Part shown: in pieces, positions 1-10,925 of the stretch
Layout: each line of letters opens with the position of its first letter
Position numbering within the stretch: the stretch's first letter is position 1
Translations under genes and position numbers: made by a program
Notes under the pieces: generated by a model
What the model was told of the DNA's origin: nothing
Database searches by the model: none
The model's input: the letters and a program-made list of their open reading frames with translations, nothing else
From: Felis catus
Taxonomy: Eukaryota
Assembly: GCF_018350175.1 (NCBI RefSeq)
Contig: NC_058381.1
Span: 49,848,001-49,912,000, forward strand
DNA length: 64,000 nucleotides
Reading direction: 5' to 3'

Positions 1-1
1 C

Positions 2-427
2 TGTGTTGGGTTGAATAACATGCTCCCCCAATTCATGTTCACCTGGAACCTCAGCACAGGACCTCATTTGGAAACACGGACTTGGCAAATGTAATTGATT
101 GTGGGCCTTAATGACACCACCCTCCACTGAGGGTGGGTCCCAAATCCAATGACTTGTGTCCTTACAAGAAGAGGAGGGGACACAGAGAGACACCCAGAAG
201 AGGTGATGGGAAGACACGGGCAGGGAACAGTGTTGGGTCTGCAAGCTGAGAACTCCCGGGGCCACCGGCCACCACGAGAAGCCAGGCGGGGGCTCAGGAC
301 AGCTTCTCTTTGTGAGCCCCCATCTTGGTTTCAGACTTCCAGCCTCTTGAACCGTCACAGAACACATTCCCGTCATTTTCAGCCTCCAGTTTCTGGTCAT
401 TTGTGGCGGCCACAGGAAATTCATACA
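2..427 (+). mobile_element. MLT1 (ERVL-MaLR) solo LTR, MLT1C-like
   Basis: tgtgttgggttgaat ... gacctcatttggaaa ... aatccaatgacttgtgtccttacaagaagag ... ttcagacttccagcct ... ggaaattcataca follows the recalled MLT1 layout. Confidence 0.8.
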
Positions 428-501
428 CGCACCCCCCCCCCCCCCCCCCTTCTAGCTCTGGCCTTTGGGAAGAAAAATGCCTTTTCTCTTCTTCCTCTCT
501 G

Positions 502-572
502 GTATTCCTAGCACAGAGCACAGTGCCTGGTACATCGTAGACAGTTTAGAAATAATTGTTCATCAATGAATG
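502..572 (+). mobile_element. L2 3' end fragment
   Basis: gcacagtgcctggtacatcgtag...aataattgtt...aatgaatg. Confidence 0.55.
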
Positions 573-595
573 GGCTTTAGAAGTTCAAGGTACCA

Positions 596-807
596 GGGCA
601 CCTGGGTGGCTCAATTGGTTAAGCATCTGACTTCGGCTCAGGTCATGATCTCAGGGTTCGTGGGTTCGAGCCCTGTGTTGGGCTCTGGGCTGACAGCTCA
701 GAGCCTGGAGCCTGCTTTGGATTCTGTTTCCCTCTCTCTCTCTCTGCCCCTCCCCTGCTTGCTCTCTGTCTCTGTCTCTCTCCAAAAAAAAAAATTAAAA
801 CAAAAAA
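596..807 (+). mobile_element. CanSINE (SINEC_Fc-like)
   Basis: gggcacctgggtggctca head, GGTTCGAG B box, CT-rich tract, A tail. Confidence 0.92.
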
Positions 808-812
808 GTTCA

Positions 813-1039
813 GGGCACCTGGGTGGCTCAGTCAGTTAAGGATCCGACTTCGGCTCAGGTCATGATCTTGCTTGCGGTTCGTGGGTTCGAGCCCCTCATC
901 AGGCTCTGTGCTGACATCTCGGAGCCTGGAGCCTGCTTCCGATTCTGTGTCTCCCTCCCTCTGCCCCTCCCCCACTTGTGTTCAATCTCTCTCTCTCTCT
1001 CAAAAAGTAAATAAACATTTATAAAATTAACAAAAAAAA
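813..1039 (+). mobile_element. CanSINE (SINEC_Fc-like), tandem with previous
   Basis: Full head and tail; flanked by aagttcagg repeats. Confidence 0.92.
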
Positions 1040-1587
1040 GAAGTTCAGGATATCTTGAAATGTCACCCCAAATTTTGCGTGTTGGATTTTTTTTTTTTCC
1101 TGGAGAGATTTAATCCATAGCATTTACCAGATTTCAAAGGGAACCAGATTGCCAAATCCTCAAGAGCTTCTGCTTTTAGTGGGTTTGTGGGGAAATATCT
1201 GGCCCCTTATTTGCATCGAGATTTCTGAGGCCTCGGCATTCTCCTTATGAGCTGTCACTGCAGGCATGCTGTCCTCCTGAGCAGAAACTAGATGCGAACA
1301 CAGCTCGGCGGGCTCTCCTATTTTTTTCCTCCCTTTCTGAAAATACCCTCCCCATTTGAGCCTGGTGACAGGGGCCGAGCGGACGGCCCTCTGGCCCGAC
1401 GTGGGCAGCTTTTCTGTCTGTGTCTTGTTGACAGGAAAGCAGGCTTCCTGTGAGGCCGCGGATTGATTCATCACTGGCTTCTCCCCCTGCCTACTCACGG
1501 CCAGTGGGGAACCATGACTTTCAGACAAGAAGCCCTATTGCCAAACAGGGTCTATGGGTGACTAGAGAAAGCCTCTTTTTTCCTTGG

Positions 1588-2051
1588 GGTATTGTTTGCT
1601 AGGACTCCCACAACAAATCACTATCAACTGTGTGGCTTAAAGCCACTCACATCTACTCTCTCACAGTTCAGAAGGCTAGAAGTCCTGAATCAACGTGACG
1701 GCAGGGCTGGTTCCTTCTGGAAGCTCTGGGGGAGCATGGGTTCCGTGCCTCCCTCCTCGCTTCTGGTGGCCGCAGGCGATCCTTGGCCTCCCCGGTTTGT
1801 GGTTGCGTCACTCCTTTCCCCGCCTCCACTGTTCCGCGGCACTCTCCCCACGTGCCTGTCTATATCCCCCTCTTCTCATGAGGCCACCAGCCACTGGCTC
1901 TCAGGCCCGTCCGAATCCAGTATGACCTCATCTCAACTTGATGACATCTGCAAAGGCCCTCTTTCCACATAAGGTCATATTCCCAAGTTCTAGACTGACA
2001 TGAAATTTGTGGGGGGGGGGGGCGGGGGGGGATGCTTTTCCACCCAGAGCA
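1588..2051 (-). mobile_element. MLT1 solo LTR (MLT1C-like)
   Basis: ggcttaaagcc...ctctctcacagttcagaaggctagaagtcc...gggctggttccttctggaagctct...aatccagtatgacctcatct...ttccacataaggtcatattc. Confidence 0.8.
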
Positions 2052-2170
2052 GGGAGCTCAACTGCATAGATTTTTATCTCTGCTCCTAACATAGTCTGTA
2101 ACGTAGCAGGTTTCCGATAAAAGATTGTTGCTTTGAAGCTTGAACATCCTGCTTAAGAAGTTGGGCTCTG

Positions 2171-2372
2171 GGGGCGCCTGGGTGGCTCAGTTGAGTGGGC
2201 GTCCAACTCTTGATTTTGGCTGCAGTCATGATCTCGCTGTTATAGGATCAGGATGGAACCCCGTGTTGGGCTCTGCACTGGGTGTGGAGACTGCTTGGGA
2301 TTCTCTGACTCTCTCTGCCTCTCTCCCCTGCTTGTGCTCTCTCTCTCTCAAAAAAAAAAAAAAAAAAAAAAA
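2171..2372 (+). mobile_element. CanSINE (older subfamily) inserted in a MIR
   Basis: ggggcgcctgggtggctcag head, cttgattttggc, A23 tail running into a GGAGA/GGGAA tract. Confidence 0.9.
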
Positions 2373-2415
2373 GGAGGAGAGGAGAGGGGAGGGGAAGGGA
2401 AGGGAAGGGGTTAGC

Positions 2416-2625
2416 CTCTGGAGCCAGATGGCTTGGGTTCAAATCCCAACTCTACTACTTTCTGTCTGTATGACTCTGGACCCTCAGAGCTTTGCTTTCC
2501 TCTTCTGTTAATGGGGTGGCCACACCCACCTCATAGGATGGTGTAGGGATTAAATCAAGTCATCCAGGTAGGCAGTTAGCACAGAGCTTGGCACGCAATA
2601 GACATAGATAGATGTTAACTATGGT
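2416..2625 (+). mobile_element. MIR
   Basis: ctctggagccagatggcttgggttcaaatcccaactct...cctcataggatggtgtagggattaaat...gcttggcac. Confidence 0.75.
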
Positions 2626-5415
2626 TATTTTTGGTATTGGGATTAGAAATAATATGCATTTGAATTGTTGATGTGAATTGGCTACCCTGCCTAGTGAACG
2701 GTCTAAATGATAAATCATGGAAGGAGTGGGTTCCAGAGACAAATAAGTCCCTGTTCATCTCTATGTGGATCGTATACACTGAGCCGACGTCTGTATTTGA
2801 CTCAAAAACACAGCAGCTGTAGTAACAGCCAATGCGAGGCGCCAGGCTCTGCGCTTCACCCCATCTAATTCTGGCCACCACCTGATGTTTCTCTTCTGTC
2901 ACAGGTGAGGAAGTCAAGGTCAAGCCACTTGCCCCCACTTGGCTGTCCTCTGGGGATCTGCTTGATTCTGTTCATTCCTAGACCACGTCCCCCAGGCAAC
3001 ACTTCAATGTCTCCGTAACATTTCCCTTCCAGCACACGCCAGTAGTGTTTTGTTTTGTTTTTCTTCCCACTTGGTTATGGTAGATGCGATTTGCCAAATT
3101 TGTGGACAGATTGGGCACCATTCACAACATAACTGTGATGTCATCATTGCTACAGAATGGCAGGGTTCCCTGGGGGCAGAGAGGCAGAACTGGTAGTGCC
3201 TCAACTTTGCTTCCTTTGCAGGTTTCCTAACTTCCATTTACGTAGAGGAAGATGAGGGACTGTGGCCTGAAACCCACCGTCGTAAGGTTTATAGAGGAAC
3301 CATCTCGTTTATGGCAGCTCAGGTCAAAGAGCATCCTCGCCGCGTATCGCATAGGGGGAAACTGAGGCCCAGAGAGAAGTGACGCGTGTTTGACTATTTT
3401 AGCCGCTTTCTAACATGTGGGCGGTGGACTTTCTAGTTTGCAGACCCACCACGTTAAAAACAATGATAAATAATTTATTTGTGGGAAAGAAAAAGAAAAA
3501 AACCCAAAAAACAAAAAACGAACGTCACCAGAAAGCAGCAGACGTCTCTTTATCAGAGGACATTGCCGACTAGTGTTGAGTGACGGCCCATGTGTGCCCT
3601 GTGAGGCAGCTGGGCCCCCTGCACCTGTCAGTAGTTTCGGCAGACAATACCTTTTGCCCTTGACCTGGTGAGCTGGGCATTCCGTCACCGTCCCGTGCAA
3701 ATCTGAGCCGAGCAGTACTGTTGAACGTTTGAAAGTCTAACGAGGATAAGGTAACCCCAGGAAAATGTTGGAATTCAAGGAAATGTTGGAATTCAAATGA
3801 AAAGGCCAGGGACTTAGTAATCAGCTAAAATGTAAACCTTTCAAACGGCTAGAGAAAGGGACCCCGAGGCAACTTGCATTGCCTTGTGGGCTAGAGGAAG
3901 GAATCACTCACACTTTAAAAAGGAGATAAAAAAATATATATATATTTCATCGGCCTCTCCTCCAGCTCTTCTGGCAGAGAGTTAACTCTGAAAATAAGCC
4001 GAATCGTTTAAATCAGTATGAGAACCCAGTGAATCACCTTGACCATGCATCACTAGCATGGTTCTCGCCTCACCGCAGGCCCCGCGGAAGGCCAGCGCTG
4101 GCTTCACCTTGTGATGGGCCAGCAACTATTTCTTGACAATCCTGAGAGTGAGCGGTAACTCGCCTCCGTCTTCCTGGCTGGTGACTTGATTCCAGCCCTG
4201 CCTTCGGGTGTCCAGACCCGGGTATGAGCACCTGCGCGGTCGTGACCTGTGCGTCTCTTGGGGGAAGTGGGCCCAGCCAGCAAAGCCCAGATAGTGGCCG
4301 CTCACTTGGCGGGTCTCCCGGGCTGGCTCAGAAGCGGGGTTGACAGAGCACGTACATTCACTTATGCAGATCGGCCTGCGGTCCTTTGCTTTTGCGCCTT
4401 GATCTTTCCCCCGCCCGCTTCAGTCCATCTCTGCCCCCTGTCTCACCTGAGTCGAGTCATTGCTGCTGCTGAGTAAAGACAGTGGCTTAGCTAGGAGTCA
4501 AAGATCAATATTCACCGCTGGAAGGTCAGGGGCTCCCAGGGGCTTCGGTCTGTTTCTAGAAAGGGCCTGGGTGAGGGATGAATTGATGTGTCAATTCAGT
4601 CAAACGCCTCGTGTGATTTCTGTTCTCGCACTGGCTTTTTGCAGACATTCATCATCCACGCTGTTATGTTTTGGGTCTTTCCCCGCCCCCCCGCACTCCT
4701 CCCCGCCAACTATCCTGCTGCCTTTGGGGTTTTGCAGCAATCCCAGGGAAGCCGAGAGCCAGGCTGGCACTCACAGCTGCAGGGGATGGTAATGAGGTCT
4801 TCATGAGAGCTAGGGTAGAAAGAACATTCTGAGTGAGACTTCTATTAATAAGAGAAAGATTCCAACCCCACCGTGTAATCCCTTCCAGCTTTATCCCCAC
4901 CCCCCAAACAGTCATTCAGACCCTGGGTTGAGGAAGAAAACCTCTTGTCCTATGACCTTCGCCGCGAACTTCGAGAAATTTGCTCAGCGACACGAGACAG
5001 ACAGTTTTATATCTTTGCCCTTGGGTAAGTAGGTCCAGTGGACGTAAAGTCAGGCAATGCCCACCTACCAACTGGGCCACGGTGAAGCCTACAGGAAAGG
5101 TCCCGCAGCGTTGGGCCCCGTGGCTTTAGTAGATGGGGACACGTAGGAGCACCATCATCTAGGTAGCACTCAATCTTAGAGAAAACCAACTGAAATATTA
5201 GCCAGTGTGGCCCTGGTGCCAACTGCGAGTTCAAAATTGCCTGTCCAGCGGCTGTTACCTTTTAAGTCTCCCGCCTACTTCGTTTGACAAGTCTCTGGTC
5301 AGAGCAGGTCATAAGACAAATGCTGCACCCTAAGAGTCTTCCAGCCGGGGGGTGGGGGTAAGACAAGAAAGGCAGCCTTTAGAATGCAGAAGGTGACTGG
5401 GGGGTGAGGGGAGAA

Positions 5416-5635
5416 GGGGCACCTGGGTGGCTCAGTCAGTTAAGTGTCCAACACTTGGTTTCGGCTCAGGTCATGGTCTCCAGGTTCGTGAGTTCGAGCC
5501 CTGCATGGGGCTCTGTGCTGACAGTGCAGAGCCTGCTTAGGATTTTCTCTCTCCCTCTCCGTCTCTCTACCCGACCCTGCCCCCCCCCCCACCTCACAAA
5601 ATAAATAAATAAACTTAAAAAAAATTATTTTTAAA
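5416..5635 (+). mobile_element. CanSINE
   Basis: ggggcacctgggtggctcag head, B box, aataaa/A tail. Confidence 0.9.
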
Positions 5636-5929
5636 AAGTATTAGAATACAGAAAGGAAATGTACTGTGAGCAGGAACCCCACACCTCCCACCCATTGTCC
5701 CGGGGCTTTAATAACCTAGATTGGATGGAACTGAATTGGACTCTTCTGGGATGGAATTAGCACCTTACTTACCCTTGGTGACAATCAGGAATGAAAAAGG
5801 TCCATGCTGGGGCTTCTTGCCTTTTGGACGGTAGAGCCCAGAGCCAGAAGCATGTTAAAGATAGTCCTGAGGGGCTGCGGGAAGAGAGAGGCCATTTCTC
5901 CAGAGGGAAGCCAAGAGGTACTGGAGAAA

Positions 5930-6165
5930 GGATCTCACTGTTGAGACCTTAAAGACGAGTAGGAATTAGCCGGATGAAGGCAGAGGAAAGCGTGTTGTAG
6001 GCAGAGGGGAAAACGTGAGCAAAGGCTCAGAACTGAAAAGTGCCCTTTCACTGGACAAATATTCCTAGAGGCTCCCTCAGGCCCTGTCCTAGGTGCTGGG
6101 AATGCATCCATGATCCAGACAACCAGAAGCCCTCGCTCTTCTGGGGCTGCCATTCCAGTGGCTGA
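5930..6165 (-). mobile_element. L2 fragments
   Basis: gagaccttaaagacgagtaggaattagc...aggcagagggga...gcaaaggc; ctgtcctaggtgctgggaat. Confidence 0.5.
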
Positions 6166-6622
6166 ATGTGGCTGGGAGCGTGAGGCTGGACCAACGGACG
6201 TGCCCACCAGCGAAAGGCCTCCTATGCACGTTCTAGTGTTCAGACTTGGTCCTGGAGGCAGTGGGGGCCCTGAGGACTGAAGTCCTCAGCCTGCATTTGA
6301 GCTGGATTGCTCCAGCTTGCTGGGGAGTGGCCCACACTGGCAGCTGGGGAGGCAGGGGGCAGATTGCAGGAACCTCCAGAATGGCACGGCCCAAGGTCAT
6401 GAGTGTGGGGAGAAGTGTCCGATCCAGGAGGCGCGAGATGCTGGCTTGTGTGTGCATCTTGTCTCGTGCCTTGTGTGTGTCCTTCCTTGAGCGTGCATGC
6501 GCGCATATCCGCAACAAGAATGTGAAAAGGAAAGGGGGAGATCGCCAAGGATCATACCATGCTCGGCTGCTGGGAACCTGTTTTTGGAAAGAACAAGAAT
6601 ATGAGTGGACGGATGAAAGGAT

Positions 6623-6674
6623 GGAAGGAAGGAAGGAAGGAAGGAAGGAAGGAAGGAAGGAAGGAAGGAAGGAA
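6623..6674 (+). repeat. (GGAA)13 microsatellite
   Basis: 13 perfect units counted, degenerate GGAT flanks. Confidence 0.95.
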
Positions 6675-7915
6675 GGATAGAAGGATGGAAAAGTAAACAA
6701 AACACACCAAGTTTACTCTTTGCTGCCACATTTGCTCATAGTTTACAAAGGGCCTGCATATCCATTACCCCAGTGACCCCCCCAATGACTTTCTGAGCGC
6801 TGACTGGTCACTCTTCCCATTTAACAGAAGGTCACATGGAGGTCGAGCTGCGCTGGTGTTTTTCTGGGTTCCACCTCCCGCCCCATCCCTCTACACACAA
6901 AGGCCACGACAAATAATTTTTAAAACCTATTTCTGCCTCCAAGACTTTAAATTATGAATGGAGCAAAGATAGCCTTTATTCCAGGTACAGAGCCATTTAG
7001 AGAGTTAGTGCAGAAGGCGTCATCGTCTATCTTAAATTCCTCACAGATGAAGGCTGGACACGCTTAACTTCGCCATGTTCTGTCTCTCCAGGGCTTTCGT
7101 GGCCGTGTTTCCAGCCCTAACGTTTTCTGATTCTAATACGCGTAATTTATGCAATGGCAAGTTGCTTTGGCTTCTGTCTGGCTGTGTCTTAATTTGCGTT
7201 GATTTTCCCGTTAACAGGCTGCTGTAATGTCTGGCTTTGTATTTCCAGCTTTCCTTTACAATGTATTTTCAGACTTTAATGAGGACCCCTGTTGGTGAAC
7301 TGGCCTGAGCCTGCCCAGATAGATTTGGGGAAAAACAAAAGAGGCTTTCCAAATAGCAAGACCATTTTATCGCTTATTAATTGGTCTCCGCCACGTGGAG
7401 ACAGAGGCTGGCAGAGGGGAAAGTGACGTGCAGGTCAGTTCCCTGGGCCGCCAGGGATGTTGTTGGCTCTTTTAGGAGGCGAGGGTACGGTCAGGGCTCT
7501 AAAGACTTGGAAAGAGAGGAGATAAGATTGTTTCTGAGAGTTGAGCTTCGAGGAAAGAATCGATCCCTAACGAGCATCAGCTTAAGGGATTTTGTGAAAA
7601 CTGGATGAATGCATTTTTTTCCAGCCAGGTGACCTCTTCCAGTTTTGTCTGCTCACTCACCAGATGTTGCTGGAGTGGCTCCACGCCTCCAAGGCACCCC
7701 GCTTGGGGCCGGTCTTGCAGCTCTGACCCTGTCCTCACGGAACCTACGGTCTGGGGGAGGGGTGGACTCGAAGTTCTGTTTGCCGTAGAAACGCGCGACA
7801 GCCGTTCCCGCGAGGGTGGTGTTGCATGCTCGAGGAGACACCATCCCCAGGACAGCTGTTAAGGACAGGCGGGCAGGGACAGCGTTTAGACGATGTGTTT
7901 CCGGCTCTGCCCACG

Positions 7916-8266
7916 TGTACTGGTCAGTGAGGCTGTGTAACAAATGTAATGGACTGGGTGGCTTAAACAGTAGGAATTATTTTTCACGGTCCTGGAGGCC
8001 GTGAATTCCGAGATCAGGTAGCCAGCGTGGTCGGGCTCTGCCGAGGACCCTCTTCCTGGCTGGCAGATGGCCACCTTCTCACTGTGTCTCACATGGAGGG
8101 GAGGGAGCCCTCTGGGGTCTTCCTCATCTTTATGAAGACACTGATCCTATCATAGAAGCTCTACCCTCCAGATCTCATCTAAACCCAGTTACCTCCCAAA
8201 GCCCTGACTTGCCAATACCACCCTCTTAGAGGTTGGAGCCTCAACACAAACGTTCAGTCCATAGCA
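7916..8266 (-). mobile_element. MLT1A-like solo LTR
   Basis: tgtactggtcag...gactgggtggcttaaacag...ctcttcctggctggcagatggccaccttctcactgtgtctcacatgg...acctcccaaag...ttcagtccatagca. Confidence 0.82.
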
Positions 8267-8699
8267 CCAGGGAAGAAGACGATGGTGGGCAACAAAGCCC
8301 CCTTGCCTCCCAGACCCACCGACAAAGCTCAGTCTGAAGGATTTTTTCCATGGTCCATTGGAATTCTCTTAGCATTAATTAACTCCACACTCATCAAGAC
8401 AAGCTTTGCATTCTGATTTCCCCTGTAATTCATGCCCAAGAAGAAAGCTTGTTGACCACGCTGACGCTTTGGTTCCTGAGCTGACCCCTGGCAGTCAGTT
8501 GGGAGACAGGCATTCTGATGTCTCTCTTAGGCTCACGTAGTTTGCATGGGTGTGAGTCAGGCTCCTGGGGCTGGCACCACCAGGGCTGAGTCCCGGGACC
8601 TCTGTAGCCCAAGACTAGTCACCTAGCCAAAGGTAATTCCCTCTGCGTTTACCTTACCAACCTCTGGATTGGCCCAGCTCCAGCCAGCCTTCTCTCAGA

Positions 8700-8990
8700 T
8701 GGAAAGGGACTTGAAAGAGCATGGGATTTGGGGTGGGCAGGCCCGGGTTGAAGTTCTAGCTCTGTCATTTCCCAAATATAGGGGTCTACAGTCTTCCGTA
8801 CGGCACGGTGATTGGACTGGGCACGGTGCATCCCCCCTCAATGCCAGCCGTATGGTCTTGGGAAGCAACTTAAACTCTCTCTGCCTCACCTCCCTTATCT
8901 GTAAAACGGGGAATCCTAGTGATTTGAACTAATATCCGTAATATGATTAGGGTGGCAGTCGCTTGATAAACAGCAGCTGTTTTTATTACG
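8700..8990 (+). mobile_element. MIR fragments
   Basis: cttgggaagcaacttaaactctctctgcctcacctcccttatctgtaaaacgggga core. Confidence 0.55.
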
Positions 8991-9987
8991 ATAAGACACA
9001 CGTAAACAAAGTTAACGCCTATTTATACTTTAAGCCTCAGCACACACGTGGCTTCTTTTGAGACGCACTCGCTTCACCGGCACACGTGTACGCCCTCCTT
9101 GTGTGCTTTCGGAACACCCTGTGCCTAGTGTTCACAGAGCTCTCTCGCACGCTGGGATTATCCACCTCCCTTCCTGAACTTTGGGCAACTGGAGGGCAGG
9201 GCTTCATGTTGCTCACTGGAATATTCTGGGCTCCTATCCTATTACACCCACACTGTGATAGCCAGGACTCTCTGGTCATAAGAGGCAGCAACACTGCTCA
9301 GCCGGCCCACGCACATAAGGGGCGTAGCTTTCGCTTATCAACTTAACCTCTACAGAGATTCTGTCTTGTGCTGGGCTTCTGAGCCAACGGGTAGATTCTT
9401 CCGGGCTCCTCCATATGATGGGAGATGTGGCTCTTGCCTCCGTTCTCATGGTTTGAGGTTCAAAGGGAACGAGAGAGCTATTCCTTACTGTCTGGTTCAG
9501 AAAGTTCCAGGTTGGATTCTGACTAGCCCTGCCTGGGTCATGGTCCTCGAGGATGAGGGACGAGAGGTGGTGTTACCCTGCTTAGCCCACGGCAGGGTCT
9601 TGTGCCCATGGTGGGGTGGGTGGGGTGTGGGGCACAGACGCTGTTAGACGAACGTCTACGTTCAGACACGAAAAGGCCGCAAGGAAGTTTCACGGGCTCC
9701 GGAAGTCAAAGTCTAGGCTCATCCTCCCGGGGGTGGGGTGGGGGAGGCAAAATGGTGCCAGCGCCGGCTCGCGGAGGATAGGTGGGCATGTGGACGGGCA
9801 AGAGGACGGGGCAGGCTCTCCGGGCCGAGGCGCAGGAAGTCGAGGTGCTGGGTTGGAGAGGTGCGTGTGGGACGTGAGGCGGGGAGGGATGCCAGACGTC
9901 TCGGGGCTTCGTGGGGTGATGTATTCACGTCCTGGCGTGGCCATAACCAAGTGCGACAAACCGGACGGCTTAAAACAACAGGAATTT

Positions 9988-10200
9988 GGGGCGCCTGGGT
10001 GGCTCAGTCGGTTCAGTGTCCAACTTCGGCTCAGGTCATGATCTCACGGTTCGGGAGTTCGAGCCCCACCCAGGACTCACTGCTGTCGCCACAGAGCCTG
10101 TTTCGGATCCTCTGTGCCCCCCTCTGTCTTTGCCCCTCCCCCAACCACGCCCTCCCTCCCTCTCGCAAAAAATGAATAGACATTTAGAAAATTAAATTAA
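9988..10200 (+). mobile_element. CanSINE
   Basis: Head at 9988; TSD aaacaacaggaat before it and at 10447. Confidence 0.92.
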
Positions 10201-10201
10201 A

Positions 10202-10425
10202 GGGGCGCCTGGGTGGCTCAGTCGGTTGAGCATCCGACTTCGGCTCAGGTCATGATCTCGCAGTCCGTGAGTTCGAGCCCCGCGTCGGGCTCTGTGTTGA
10301 CGGCTCAGATCCTGGAGCCTGTTTGGGATTCTGTGTCTCCCTCTCTCTCTCTGCCCCTCCCCTGTTCATGCTCTGTTTCTCTCTGTCTCAAAAATAAATA
10401 AACGTTAAAAAAAATTTTTTTTTAA
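10202..10425 (+). mobile_element. CanSINE (SINEC_Fc) inserted in tail of previous
   Basis: 16-bp TSD AGAAAATTAAATTAAA at 10186-10201 and 10426-10441. Confidence 0.93.
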
Positions 10426-10705
10426 AGAAAATTAAATTAAAAAATAAAACAACAGGAATGTATTCTCTCACAGTTCCGGAGGCCGGGAGGGAAGCATGAA
10501 GGTGCCGACAGAGCCATGCCTCCCCCCCCCCCCACTCAGGTTCTAGGATGATTTCCTTCCTCGCCTCTTCCAGCTTCTGGGAGCCCCAGGCTTTCCTCAG
10601 CTTGTAGCAAGAACTCCAACCCTTGCCTTTGTCATCACGTGACCACCTTCCCTCTGTGTGGCTGTGTCTTCACGTGGCGTTTTCCTCTTGGTCTCTCTCC
10701 CCTTC

Positions 10706-10925
10706 TTTTTAATTTTTTTTTTTAAATCTTTATTGTTGAGAGAGAGACAGAGTGTGAGCGGGGAAGGAGCAGAGAGAGAGAGAGAGGGAGACACAGAATC
10801 CGAAGCAGGCTCCAGGCTCTGAGCCATCAGTACAGAGCCCGAAGCAGGGCTCGAACTCACCAACTGTGAGATCACGACCTGAGCCGAAGTCGGACGCTCA
10901 ACCGACTGAGCCACCCAGGCGCCCC
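10706..10925 (-). mobile_element. CanSINE (SINEC_Fc)
   Basis: Ends in ccacccaggcgcccc; TSD ctctctcccc(t/c)tctt. Confidence 0.93.

Noticed and set aside
596-670. tRNA-like A and B boxes at SINE heads
   Set aside because: tRNA-derived SINE heads followed by CT tract and A tail; not tRNA genes.
6233-6729. ORFs with PSFL/EGRK repeats
   Set aside because: Translations of the GGAA microsatellite.
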